Assembly: GCA_964270895.1 (NCBI GenBank)
Contig: OZ185446.1
DNA from: Podarcis filfolensis
Lineage: Eukaryota
Length of the DNA: 64,000 nucleotides
Strand: one strand, 5' to 3'
The notes under the pieces were generated by a model, which was not told the DNA's origin, did no database searches, and saw only the letters and a program-made list of their open reading frames with translations. The stretch's first letter is position 1. Every line of letters starts with the position of its first letter. Shown here piece after piece: positions 37,263-50,511 of the stretch. Both the position numbers and the translations under genes were made by a program.

Positions 37263-40200
37263 CCTTACCTAGGAAACAAAATTAAAACGCTCAGTCCTAT
37301 GTGCACTAGTTTCTGAAATGGGCATCGTAATCTTGTAGGTAGGCTGCATCAAAATGCATATTCTACTTCCTCTTGTTCCAAAAAGAAACCAGTTTGTTTA
37401 CATGGTGCTGAAACTGATGAAGTACAGGAATGGCTTGGTAGAAAAGGACATGCTTTGCATACAGTAAATCCTAGGTGCAACCCCTAGCATCTCCAGTGAG
37501 AAAGACCTGCCAGGAACCTTGGAAAGCTACTGCTAGTTAGCATCAATAACATTGAGATTGATGTACCATTGTCTGACTTGGTGCAAAACAGCTTCCAATA
37601 TATTATGGCTTTGTTACAATTGTTTATATCCTGCCTTTCAGGTTATAATACAAAGCAGCTTACAAACAGCACACACTTATGTATTTGTGAAGCACAAGAA
37701 ACATTATTAATGTTTAACAATACACCAGGATCCTTCCCACATGGCATTTAATGACAGACTGCTAAAGGGTGGGGGGAGGCAGAGAAGTGGAACTGTTTCT
37801 TTTAGTGCAAGTGTAGCAAAGAAATTGCCCCAGTTATGAAACTGTTTTTAATTTAGTTATTTATTTTATTTTTTCCTTTTTATATACCTTCCCTTCACGT
37901 TCAGGGCATCATGCCATGGCTCTCCCCCTCCCCATATTATTAATGATGAAATGGAAGTTACAAAGTACATTATACAAACAAGCAACAAACAAAAGCATTC
38001 AGCTGACGCTGAGTAGCAAGCAGCCAATAAACTTGGAACTGATGTTTGTTAATGATTTAACATGTTTTTATTTGCTCCATATAGCTGTTCTCTTCTTTTA
38101 AACCAATCTTTATAAAGAAAACAACCATTGACAGGTTGAAATCTTATGCCTGCAATCATAGAAAGAACTAATGTATTTGATTGGAAATTTAAGATTCATG
38201 GAGATGGATGCTGAATCAATGCTCCAACACAGCTTCACATCTTTACCCAGGATAAAATGTTATATCAACTCTGAAATCTAGTCAAACTAAAATCTTAGCA
38301 GTGTTTAATGCAGCTGACTATGTAAAGCCTTGGAGAAGTTCTAACTAAACTGGATTGGCATTGGATGCCAGCTGACCAGAAAAGCTTGCTTGGGCTGCTC
38401 TTGAGCCTTAAACAGCAGCTTGATTTGCAGAAATCAGCATTTGGAAGCTATTGATAGCAGGAAGAAAAACATGACCACCTGCAAATGTCTGCAGATCAAG
38501 CTGCCACCAGAGACTGTGATACAGGGGCCAAATTAAAAGTTGGCACCAAAAAGGGCAAAACAGAAATTTCAAATGCTGCAATCTTTAAACCCCTTTTAAT
38601 CTTGCAAGATTCACAACTCTATAGAGGAAGTGGTCTAAGGACTTCAGCTGTTGCTGCTTCTCTTTTCCATCTCTACCATGCCTTCCACACTTTAGTATCT
38701 GCCAATGATCCCAGCACAGCCAGAGCTGCTGCCAGATTTTACAGACTTAGCCAAAATATCCTGCCAACATGCTGATATTTTTGAAGCTGTGATGAAAGGA
38801 GGAAGCCAGAGAAAAGAAACTCCTGATTTCTTCATGGACTTTCTCTCTTTCTGTCACCATATGGTTAAGCAGAAGGTCAGGGGCTTAACTTCTGATTCCT
38901 TCTACACAATCAACCAAATATGTGGTTGTCTTGACTGGCATTGCCATTTCTGTTTGAGCCAGATGAGAAAAACAGAAAGCGGGATGGGGGGGAGATATTA
39001 AGGAGCAGGATAAACGAAAAGACTGAAACTGAGAACACTGTGTGAAAGAAATCTACATGCAGAGCCTCTTCAAGAGTCAAGAGACTCATTTATGGCTGAT
39101 AAAAGATCTGGCAAAGATCTTAAAATGCTGCCATCTGCCACTTGGGGTGAGGCAGTAAAATTGATTCATTAGTTTTGCTTTCATTTCTAGTGTTTAGTTC
39201 ATATGCATTGATTGCACTGCCATTGACACTGAAAGGGAAGGAGACTCCACGAGGAAACATTTCTATTAATGTTTTATTGTGTGAAACTTCTACTTCTCAG
39301 ACAGACGCTGTAAATTTATGAGCAAACTTTAAAGACAGCGCCTCTGTAAGAAAACCAGCAAGGGAGGTGCACTGAATTATATCTTCTTGCTGAGAACACT
39401 GCAAGAAACGCACATCAATTAGCAACTGATCTAACCCCTCTGCTCATCCCACCAAGTTGCCAGTTCCCTCTTGCATTTTTAATAGCTGTGTGACATGCAG
39501 AGATCCAACTGGGAAGACTTAAACTTCAGGGAGACTGCTGCCTTTGGCTTTTAATCTGTCACATGGCTGTTTAAAGGAGTCTACCAGAAATGAGCAGGCC
39601 TATAGCACAGGATATTGTATTTCAACCACCTAAGGCAGGCTAAGGACTGGCTGATGGCACGGGGTTTTGCCCCACATGTGATACAGGGTTGCCATTTTGG
39701 CCCTCTCCCTTGGCCTTTAAACAGTGACTTAGGGCTATGTACAAACATTTTATATTAGAGTCAATAGAGAAAAAGTACTACCCCCTCTATGTAATCCAAA
39801 CACAAACTAGATTTATTGTATGTTTTTTGCCCCTGAAAAACACTTCTTGAGAAACAGAATTCATTCTGAAATTACAAACTTATTGCAGATTGATTGCCCT
39901 GCAGTGTGCCCATTTGAAAACAGGTGTAGACAAGTTGCAGCAATGTTGGCTGTTGGTATAGCCACATTTGTCCAGTGATGTTGTGGGTGGCTGCATGTGG
40001 AGAAGAAAAGGTGTCAATGATCCCCTAGAGAGGAGGGGTTTCAAATGCCTATTATTACTTATTAAATTTGTATACCACCTGTCATCTGCAGATCTCAAAT
40101 AACCACAATTCTGGAGAAAAGCTACACCGTTGAACTAAAAATGAATTAACTGTGTATATGGAGCTAAGCAGCAGGGAAAGCTTCAGTGGCGTCATTTTCA

Positions 40201-40356
40201 TGAGTCAGGTTCCTATTAAAAGACACAGGCACAAGGAAACTAAAGAGAAATGTTGCAAGTTGGCAATTTGCCCAGTGCATACACTGTCATCTTTTAGGCA
40301 TGGGGTGAAAAGAGTTTCATTTTCCCAAGTTTTATACAGTACATTGAAGAAGAGGA

Positions 40357-40593
40357 GTTTGGATTTGATCTCCCGCTTTATTACTACCCGAAAGAGTCTC
40401 AAAGCGGCTAACATTCTCCTTTCCCTTCCTCCCCCACAACAAACACTCTGTGAGGTGAGTGGGGCTGAGAGACTTCAGAGAAGTGTGACTAGTCCAAGGT
40501 CACCCAGCAGCTGCATGTGGAGGAGCGGAGACGCGAACCTGGTTCCCCAGATTACGAGTCCACCGCTCTTAACCACTACACCCCACTGGCTCT
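40357..40593 (-). mobile_element. tRNA-derived SINE with L2-like tail (Squam3-like)
   Basis: Minus head agagccagtggggtgtagtggttaagagcggtggactcgtaatctggggaaccaggttcg; body gggtgaccttggactagtcac..tgtgggggagg. Confidence 0.75.
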
Positions 40594-41559
40594 TGCCATG
40601 ATGCTGTTTTATTTCATGGCAATTTTTAAATTCTGCAGCCCCCTGCCCCAACCGATATTCCTATTTGACTGCAAAAGTGTTTTATTCTATTTATTTTGCT
40701 TAAATTCTTCCTTGGAGGCGATATGAGGAAAGGGTGGGATTCAGATGCCTACCCAGCAAATAAATTCAGGTTCCGCAACCAAAACACATTTCAAGCTCAC
40801 GTGCCACAAACCTGCTTCTAAAAATCTGACTTTCTGCAGTATGGAAAAGTGAGAGGGGTGATGTGCTGGAAAGTGTGGTTATAAGCAACTGCGGGAGACA
40901 ACGCCGCATGACCTCCCCACAACCACCTCAGAACGAATGCTCAGTCAGGAGGTCGTCTGCAGTAGCCACCTAGAATGACCCTACTGGTTTAATGATATGT
41001 GTTTGGATGTGTGGGTGCCCAGTGCTTTTAACCCCGAGCCACCTTGAATGGATGCTTTTGGCAGCTCATCAATGCCACAAGCCCACAATGAACTGATTTA
41101 ACTTGGAGGGGTGAGGGAGGGAATTAAGTGCTTTCCCAGAGATGAGGCACAGACAGGTCAAGCCAGATTCCCCACCCCGGAGACACAGTGTGTGGGGTGT
41201 GCGAGCGCACATTTAAATTTTTTATTAGATTTCTGTATTAGAATATATACTGCCCTTCATCAAAATATCTCAAGGCAATTCACCATGTCAGTTTATGAAA
41301 TGGGCATTTTAGATTTTCATATTGCGTTGTATACTTTTATAGGTTAGCCCCTTTGGGGGAGTATGCTGTCAAAACGCAGATTAAAATCCTTTATGACGAC
41401 TTTTTGAGCATACCCTGCCCCCTACGCAGAGAGCATTTGTAGGGCGCTGTTGTCAATATTTATGGTTAAGGTGGCTGTTGAAGTAGCCTTTTGCCACCCG
41501 CTCCCTGCTCCAGGCCAGAGGGGCTTCGTTGAGAACAGTGTGAGGGGCTCTGGCCCCTT

Positions 41560-42170
41560 GTCTCCTCCTCCTTCCCCCCCCCAGCGGCTTATGGGGCGCC
41601 GCTGGCCGTCACTCACCTGAGCACTTTCCTCTCTCCGCCCCGCTCCGCTTCCAGTGGCGGAGGAGGAGGCGGGCGCGTCCAGAGCGGCGCGCGCTTGGTG
41701 GAGACGCGTCTCCGCCTCCCGGCCGCCGCCTCCGCTGCCCCTCGGCGACCCACCCGCCGCCAGACCCAGGTTCTGACGAGGAACAGGCGCTGCCGGGTTT
41801 CCTACGTGTGGGAGCCCGTCGGAAATGAAAGAGAAAACACTCCCGGCTCCCCCTCCCAGATCGGGCGGTCATGTGACCGGGAACGGCGCTCCCGAGACGC
41901 AGCCGCTACCACCGCCGCCATTTTAGTTCTTCTTTCGTTTGTGGCGTCGAAAGGCTCGCCGCCTTCTTTCGCACGCGCCGCCGGCCTACGTCACGCGGGG
42001 GAGGAGCCAACCGTTGCCTCAGCCAGGTGTGCGCATCGCCTCACGCGCTCGTTTAAACCTAACGGCAACGGCGCGAGGGTCCTCCTCATCTTTCCTCAGA
42101 AGCGGAACGGAGTTGGGATATTTCTTTGCCGCCCGCTCGTCCGAGGACCACAGGGGCGGCTTGCGACGTA
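41560..42170 (-). promoter_or_regulatory. NUB1: CpG island / NUB1 promoter and non-coding first exon (donor |gtgagt after 41617)
   Basis: Very CpG-rich; minus-strand donor CAG|GTGAGT at 41617/41616; EICE/ISRE 41821-41838, GTCATGTGAC M-box-like 41868-41877, YY1-like GCCGCCATTTT near 41914-41924, ACGTCA CRE half-site near 41989. TSS not determinable. Confidence 0.8.
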
Positions 42171-43019
42171 AAAGCACACAAATAACATAAAAAGTAACAT
42201 AAAAAATAACATAAAAAGCTTACAACATAAAAGCACACATAGTAACAAAATAAAAACAATACCACTCCCTGCCTGGAACACACAACATTTAAAAGTCCAT
42301 AGATTGAATTGGCGAAAGGTGAGGGAGAAGGGGAAGGCTTTCTCCTGGCGCCTAAATATGTGTAATGAAGGCACCAGACTAGCTTCCCTGGAGAGGGAAT
42401 TCCACAAGGGAGCCATTGCAGAAAAGGCCCCGTTCTTTGGTTGATGGCTTCCCAGATCCTCATAGAGGGGCCACATTTTTGAAAGGCTCCTTTAAAAAAA
42501 AATAAAAAATTGCAGTCATGGTGCTTACCTACTGCTTCCGTAGCAGAAACTTTTAAGGAACACATTTTAGGCTGCAGGCCCCATGTGAGCACACAATATT
42601 AAGTACAGTAAACACGATTGGGAGAGCGAGGCACCTATAGGATTGTGCTGTTAGGTTGTGAGCCCTTTTTGTCCTAGGTGTGGGTGGATAGCCAAAGCTG
42701 GCAGAACTGGCGAGGAGAGTGGGAAACCTGGCCTAGATTTGTGAATCTCTCTCTCTCTCTCTGTGTGTAGATAGTATGAAAAAGCAAAGGAAGGTATGTT
42801 AGCACATAGGAAAAACACAAATCAACAGTAAAAAAAACCCAAAACCACCTTAATTATGACCAGCAAAAATATCACAAACAGTCTATTCTGGTCTGCGGAT
42901 TCAAAAGTTTGCTCCATGTTTTGCAAAATGTTGATTAAAAAGGGTGTTGACTAACTACTTTATTTAGAAATAAACAATATAGGACTGACTTTGACAACAG
43001 TCTTTTGGGTAACATCCGT

Positions 43020-43147
43020 ACTGTGCATTTTAAACATATGGCTCCCCCACCCCAAGAATCCTGCAAAATGTAGTTTGCTAAAGATGCTTGAAGGGTAAAC
43101 TACAGTTCCCAGGATTATTTGGGAGAAGCCATGTGCTTTAAATGTAT
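43020..43147. mobile_element. Palindromic MITE
   Basis: tttaaacatatggctccc..aagaatcctgcaaaatgtagttt / aaactacagttcccaggatt..gggagaagccatgtgctttaaa. Confidence 0.55.
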
Positions 43148-45104
43148 GTTGCAGATAATGGAGTTGTCAACTCCCCCCCCCCCTTTGTGCATTTAGTGGC
43201 TGGCACAGAAGCACGTGATTTCGTTGTAGGAAAATGGATTTCATTCTGTAGCATCTTACAGAATGTTCACCTCCCAACAATGCCCCTCGAAGAACAGCAG
43301 GTTATGATGTATCATATGTTTCCAAGGAAGTATGGGAGGGGGCATTGCACATGTCACAGAAGAAGAAAAAGTGCTTTTAAAATAAGAGAAGAAGGGAAGG
43401 AGGCTTCCATTTTGTTATGCGTAACTTTTCATCCTTGACATTTTAATGATTTTTTTCCACCCCACTTAAGACTGTGGGTCTTTATATCTCCACTTCCTAA
43501 GGCCCTCACAAATGTGCCAAATAGGTTCATACTAGAACTTTCACGATCATGCTAGTTTGCAGTGACTAGGGGGAAAAAATGCATTATGCATTTTTACTAA
43601 AGTAATACAAATATCCACTATGGTCTATGGACACACTCAATTGTACCGGTAACTTCAAACTATGGTTTGCTGTTATGAGAACATGCCTTGGATTTTCTCC
43701 TTTGCCCCCCTCCTCTGGGATGAGAAGCCAAAGTCTTGTCACAATGCATTATTGTAATATATGAATGCAGCCTATGTGTACACACATCAAATATTAATTT
43801 ATACACATAAAACCAAAAAACCTTCAAAATGAAACATCAGTACTGACTCTCAGGAGCAGATTATGAAAATAAAACAACTGGTCTGGATGCAAAGTAGAAC
43901 TGTGCTTCCAATTTATATTTCTTACAAAATAACATTTCCATGAATTGAAAAATCATATTACAAGTCATTAATTTATTTCAGTGATGCGGAAAAGCATATG
44001 TGCTTTCTGACATGCAGCTGAGAAAACGAAGTGGGGAAAATAGGAAACGTATATATTTACATATCAACTATATTTAATCTTGAGAGGGCAGGAAAAAAAA
44101 GAGGATCAACTCCAGATTTTAGAAAGTGCAGGGGGGTGGGAATCATTTGTTTCAATAAAGAATTAACAAAGCAGTATATGTCAATCATTCTTATTAATAC
44201 TGAATTCCAGTTCATGAAAATAATACATTTCTAGAAATAGTATCACTATCACCACTCTATAAAAATGCATTTCATAGTTACATCTACACCTGAACAAAAT
44301 TAGCAGGGCATTTAGAGAACCACTGTGGGCTTGTTTACATGGTCCAGGGATCACAGATTAACAAAGACATAATAAGAACCCTTCAACCTGATCAAACCAA
44401 AGGTGCAGCTAGTCAATCATTATTTTTCTAACAGGAGCCAAATCCGCATTATTGTTCTGCTGCTTTTTCATTATTATATTATAGTAAAGGCACGTGAACT
44501 TATGAACCATTGCGGGGCTAAAAGATTTTCTACACAATGAACCTTCAAAATACATTTTCAAATAAGTCTGAACACTGAGTAGTCCAAAATAGGTTTTAAG
44601 CAATCATTCCTTAACAAGCACATCAAAGGTATTCGGTAAAATATTAGAAAGTGTTCACAGTTAACTCCCATTGCAGGGCCAGCTGAATCCAATAAGCAGA
44701 GACCATTGTTTGATTGCCTGAACTCTGTCCAGTGGTTTAACTTTTGTTTCTTGCCAGCAAACCACAGTCTCCTGTTGTGCTTTGTTGTTGGCTGGCAAAC
44801 CTTGGCTTGCTTTAACTATGGTGTCATATTTGAACCCATGGAAGGGCACGAGGCAAGAGCAGCTGGAAAATGAACCAAGCTTTGGAGAAACAAGCCGTGT
44901 TTGTTTGACCGTCTGTGGGAAAAGCCTTGGTTTTTAAAAACAAATCATGGGTTAGCATTATACATCGTGGAGGCTGATAGAGGCAGGAGAATTTCAGAGT
45001 CTCCAGACTAAGATCTGAGGTTGGTAGATATTGTGTCCTGCTGTTTCCTGGGCTAAAGCCTTCATTTCTCTCATTCCACAGAAGTGAGTTGAGTGAAAGT
45101 CCCT

Positions 45105-45110
45105 TTTATT
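45105..45110 (-). terminator. Candidate polyadenylation signal of C9orf152-like gene
   Basis: AATAAA on the minus strand about 440 nt past the stop. Confidence 0.3.
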
Positions 45111-45547
45111 TAGAACAGAGAAGTTAGGATGAATTCAAAAACCCCTGAGAAGACCAAAGTTGCTCTTTGGATACAAATTCAAATATGTGCATGTGTGGAC
45201 AACTCTGATCTAATTTAAAAGCTGTGGGGAGTGGATTAACAGCTAAAGAATACCCAAATGTGAACAAGCCCCTTGGCACAGGAGATGGGGACAAAATAAT
45301 ATTTTAGCCAAATGTTTAAAATAGCTTCAGCTATCCCCATCCCTATATATAAGCAGTTTTTCCTTTCCCACTCAGGGTAACACTTGTGTAAGCTGGGCTG
45401 TATATGGCTACAGCCACAGCAATTCCTGTTACCACAGGTGTTGGAATCCGATCACAGTTGCACATGTGACCAGAAGGAACCTGCAGCTGCTTCTGTGTAG
45501 GGGACTGTGCGTAGCAAGACTTGGCTTCCTTCCTTAATGAGATGCTC

Positions 45548-46092
45548 TCACTGTGAAACATACAATCCAAGTCTTCTTGCAGCTTCAGAGATCTTGTGAG
45601 TTTTCTTCTGAGGGAAAGGGTAATAGGGTAGCTTACTTGATGTCGGTGCCAATTTTGAGACTGAAATGTGAGCGTGTGTCCAAGCTGGTGAAGTAACTGA
45701 GGTCAAATGTGAATAAGAACTGTCTGTCGTTTCAGCAGGGCTCGAATTTTCCTGTTCGCTGAGTATTCCAGCAGATTGTTCACTTCCTTTTAATAATTCT
45801 TCGCATGTCATCACCCTCTCCTTCTGAGACAGTATTTCACTGTCAGCGCTAACCTGTTCATTGCTTTTTTGGACAGCACCCAAAGGAACTTCCTGGTGTT
45901 CTCCATGTGCAAGGCGGTGGATCTCTAGATGTATCCGCCAAGGTGAACTGTCTTGTATATTTTCACTGCAGGGCAATTCAAGGCTAACCTCTTTGACAGG
46001 AGCACGCTCTTTAAATGCTTTTGCTTTCCTCATTTTCTTGTTAATTAAAACAGCGCTGACCATCGATTCCCCTGGGACTGTCTCATTCTCAC
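45548..46092 (-). CDS. C9orf152: C9orf152-like protein, exon 2 (probable paralogue rather than orthologue)
   Basis: (G)ENETVPGESMVSAVLINK...SPWRIHLEIHRL...YYPFPQKKTHKISEAARRLGLYVSQ*; matches recalled C9orf152 blocks ESMVNAVWIN, SPWHTHLEMH, YYPFPQRKTPRISQAARNLGLY; acceptor cttcacag|. Confidence 0.9.
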
Positions 46093-46749
46093 CTGTGAAG
46101 AAAATATATGTTTGCATATTACAAGTGGCAAAGTAGTACAAGCTTGATGGGATTGTTCACATTTGGGGCTGTTGCAAATATAGGTAGAAAGGAGCAAGAG
46201 ACTCCCCCTCACTCCAGATCAGCAACCACAAAAATCTGTTGTTGCAATCTGATAAACGATCTTAACACATCCCAGAAAGATAGGCTGCCTTACCATAATC
46301 TAATCACAAATGAATCACACGTAGAAAATAAATGCAAGATTGGGCAAGTTAGGTCCCACTAGCTAGTTTTCTCTTTAGGTCAGATTTGAAGAACCTCCAG
46401 CTTGTGTGGGCCAACGTTGCCCTGCAAAGCCATTTCCCCAAACCATATCTGCCTCTCATTCAGCCAGAGTCACTGAGTGATGTTGGCCAATGGGCTGGGG
46501 TGGAATTCAGTTCTGTGTTGTCTGTGCCCATCAGTTCCCCACAGGGAACTGGTGTGCCATCGAAGCAGCAGGATTTGACCCTTACTCATCAACTGGTAAG
46601 TAGAAAACTAGAGCCCTTATCAATAGACACAGGAGCCAACACCTAGGGATCGAGGTCCTTCCCCCCACCATTTGAGCCCCTCTCATTGATGGACATTGCC
46701 ATTCAAATAGAGCTGCTGCATGGTCCTTTATTAGCCTGTTTCCTGCAAG

Positions 46750-47085
46750 AAGGTAAAAGTAAAGGACCCCTGACAGTTAAGTCCAGTCGCAAACGACTCT
46801 GGGGTTGCGGTGGTCATCTTGCTTTACTGGCCGGGGTAGCCGACGTTTGTCTGCAGACAGTTTTTCTGGGTCATGTGGTGAAACCAGAGCAGTGCACGGA
46901 AACGCTGTTTACCTTCCCACCAGAGCGGTACCTATTTATCTACTTGCACACTGATGTGCTTTCAAACTGCTAGGTTGGCAGGAGGTGGGACCAAACAACG
47001 GGAGCTCACAGGGATTCGATCCACCGACCTTCCGATCGGCAAGCCCAAGGCTCAGTAGTTTACACCACAGTGCCACACGTGTCCC
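46750..47085 (-). mobile_element. Sauria SINE (different subfamily)
   Basis: Same architecture as 25621; TSD ttcctgcaag (46740-46749 / 47086-47095). Confidence 0.9.
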
Positions 47086-50000
47086 TTCCTGCAAGGAACC
47101 TCCTGGTAAAATAAACTTTGATGTGATCGTGCCATCAGAAACCCTCACCTCTCAAAGGTGGCCTATGGTGTAAGGGGGTAGATAGATATCTGGCCTATGG
47201 TGTAAGGGGGTAGATAGATATCTGGCCTGCTGGACCTCTGGACCCACCCCTTATCTAGGTCAAACAATATGTATTCATATTTCCTCCCAGAACTCTTAAG
47301 TAGTGAGTGGAAACAAGGCGAGTTATCAAGGTTGCCATAGAAGTATAGCAAGGAGTATAGTCCAGAAAATTCTTGCCATTTTAATTGGACAAACAACTTT
47401 TTTTTTGGCAAAACAATTAACTACAGTAAGTTTTATAGCAGGATTCATGAACTTTGGGGGTCCGGTGTGCATGCCACAAAATGGCTGCCACGGTGACATG
47501 GCATAACACATAATGGCTGCCCTATCTAGAAGGACAGACTTCTCCTCTGTTCTGAACAGATGGGAGGACAGATGTCCAATCCTGGTATCCAATGGAATAT
47601 GGTGATTTTTAAGGATACATGTGCACTATAGGAATCAGTGCAACCAACAACTGGGTAGAGAGAGTAAATACTATCTTGTGCAGTGTGGATTTTTGAGGTA
47701 CATTTATTGAGGTCTTTCACAGGCACCATAGAAGGTATCAGATTGCTGCCTCCTGTTTACAGTGATGTTGTGTTATGACTAATTTTGCCACTTTCACATC
47801 TTGGTGGAGAGGGAAGGGCAGGAAAGGTGCATACACACAAAAACTATTTACCTTGAAATTTTTATTATTGCTAAATTCTCAAGTAGAAACATTGTTCCCA
47901 CATAAAAATGCCTCCGGTCAATTATTCTGCTTTTGTGCTTCTTTTTATTTTTTTTTAAAAACCCTTTTCACAATCTTTTGCCAACATAAATCTGAACATT
48001 TTGGTAAGCCTATCTTATTTTCTGGGACCAGTTCCAAAGGGAGTGAACGCATCATCCCATTGGCAGGTGGGGAACTACCACAGCATACAATAACCACATT
48101 GTACCCAAATAGGCTATTGTTACACTTTCAAAAATGTGAGTGGAGCACCATCTTCTCAGTGCAACAAAATGTTTGGTTTTGTTTTTTTTGCAAGGTCCTC
48201 CCCTTTGCCTTTGATGAGAACCCTGATCAAAATACAGATTTTCTGACCTTTTTTCCTGATAGGGACATGTTGGGGAATAGGAAGAAGCTGGAAAAGTGAA
48301 TTACCTGCTTTAAAAAAAGAAAGAGGGAGAAGATGAATGGGCACACTGATTTAATATGTCTTATGCTCTTCATTGAGGGATTCATACACCTGCCAATAAA
48401 GAGGAATTCCCAAATTTTGTCATTAGTGAGGGCTCTTCCACACACTAGCTATTTTTTTCTGCAGCTGACAGATAGGTTCATTCAGGCCTTCCTAGATAAT
48501 CCAGATGACTGCAATGCAAAACCATGCATTCCAGTGTTTCCTGTTATCCTCCTATTAAGAAATTATTTTGCTACTTTTCTGATGCAATTGCAACGACAAC
48601 CTAGCAAGGCACTATAGATAGCCGAGTGGTCTGCGAGTCAGTTGGTAATATGGCTGGTGAAGACCTGCCTTTTTGTGTTTCCACCATTGCCACTCCTCTA
48701 CCTGTTAAATTCTTTCAGAAATGTTAGAATCTCACAGATTAGCTTCTCATCATTTCCCATTCCCTGCCAAGCAACTGGTTTTCACCTGCATGTTTACATT
48801 ATACTGTAGAAGGACCTGCAAAGAGAAGTTCTCTCCTTTGATCTGCTTTTCCTTAGGCTAAGGAATTGTCCAACATTATATTCTAGGAGGCCTGAACAAA
48901 TTGGTTAGGAAGGTTCACGGTGACATTATTTGATAACCAGTAATCCAGAGCAACATGTTTTCTCCTAGTTACATATTACCACCTAGGACCTGGCAAAGCT
49001 ACGTGTACTGTTTTCACATGATTGCCTTTCACAGTAACATTCAGTAAAACTTCAAGGTGAATCTTAACAGGCTGCTAGGTTCTTAAAGTAATTATATGCT
49101 CCCTACGCATGTTTACTCAGAAGTTCCTGTTGTGTTAAGAGGACTAACTCTCAAAAACGTATGCACTGGATTGCAACCTAAAATGGTTACATACTGTTGT
49201 ATTGTGTGTTGTGTAGATAGCAATGGATAGCATCTATGTAAATGCTATCTGACATAATTAACATTTTGTTCTAAGAAACATCATGCAAGCAAACTAATTT
49301 TTTATTAATTAAATTTGTTAGTCACTTTTATCTTGCCCAAGACAACCCGTAGTGACTTTGTACTGGATCAAACACGGTTGGTCGAAAATAAGTTCGATCC
49401 CATTTTCCATGTTTCTTTGGAGGTAAGCCTGAAAAGAGTTTACCCTTAAGTTGTGTTTCAAATTCTCCTTACCAAACTTTTTTCCACATCAACATCTCTT
49501 TTTGGCTATCATTTTACCTGGTTCAGTTAATTTAACAAAACGTAAGAAATTACTTACATTGCTTATCTCACTTTCTGGGACTAACACAACAATTCTCTAT
49601 ACAAAACAGCTCTAATCCGGAGAGGTTAGTCACTCCTGCTGTATCGGTGAGATTATCTCTTACGTTGAGTACTAGAGACATATCAGAGTAACAACTGCCT
49701 TCTATAGTTTAAAGAAACTGGGGGAACAGCCATTGGTGGTTCTTTGTCCCAATAACTCTTGGTACAACCTGAAATGTATTTTGCTCTTAAGACTAATTTA
49801 CTTACCAGTTTCAGAGTGGGCCTTTTTCATCATGTTCAGCTTCCCCCCACCACCTCGCCCCTTTTCCTCTTTTGTCGTTTTTTGCTAAACATCCTACCTG
49901 AACAAGAGTTCTGGAGAGCATAAAAGTTTGCTCACTATTTTCTAGCATTTTAGCTGATTCTAGTAAAGATAATACCCAGCTGTGGCTTTCTTTGTGGACT

Positions 50001-50289
50001 GAAGCTGAAATTTGTGCTATGACAAGACCCACATTTAATAAGTATAGTACAGAGCACATTTATCTAAAATATATTCTTCCCCCCACAAACATGAAAGAAG
50101 TGTTAACATTTGGCTTTGCTAACTATTATGACTGTGCATAACAATGTGAAAACAATTCCCATAGGGAGTAGATGAATAAGGCTGTAAACTCGGCAAGCTT
50201 ACCAGGAAGCAAGTCTCATTTAACAATGTGGGCTTGCTTCTGAGTAAACATGCATAGGACTGGGCTGTCCATCTGTTACAGCAAACACA

Positions 50290-50375
50290 GTAAGAGTCTT
50301 ATGGCACCTTAAAGATTAGCAGACTGTATAGCGTATGCCACAATACATCTGTTAATCTGTAAGGTACCTCGGATC
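50290..50375. mobile_element. Degenerate Penelope inverted-repeat remnant
   Basis: Arms 50303-50323 / 50348-50368 pair at 18 of 21 positions; ggcaccttaaaga shared with the 7870 element. Confidence 0.55.
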
Positions 50376-50511
50376 TATTTCTTATGAAGACATTGTACTT
50401 AACTTTTCAAATGTGAGCATAAGCTTAGTGCAATTGTAAAAATCAATGAACATTTTCAAGGCTTTTTGTGGACCCCTTGTTTTTAAAGTTTTAGCCAAGT
50501 CTAAAACTTAC

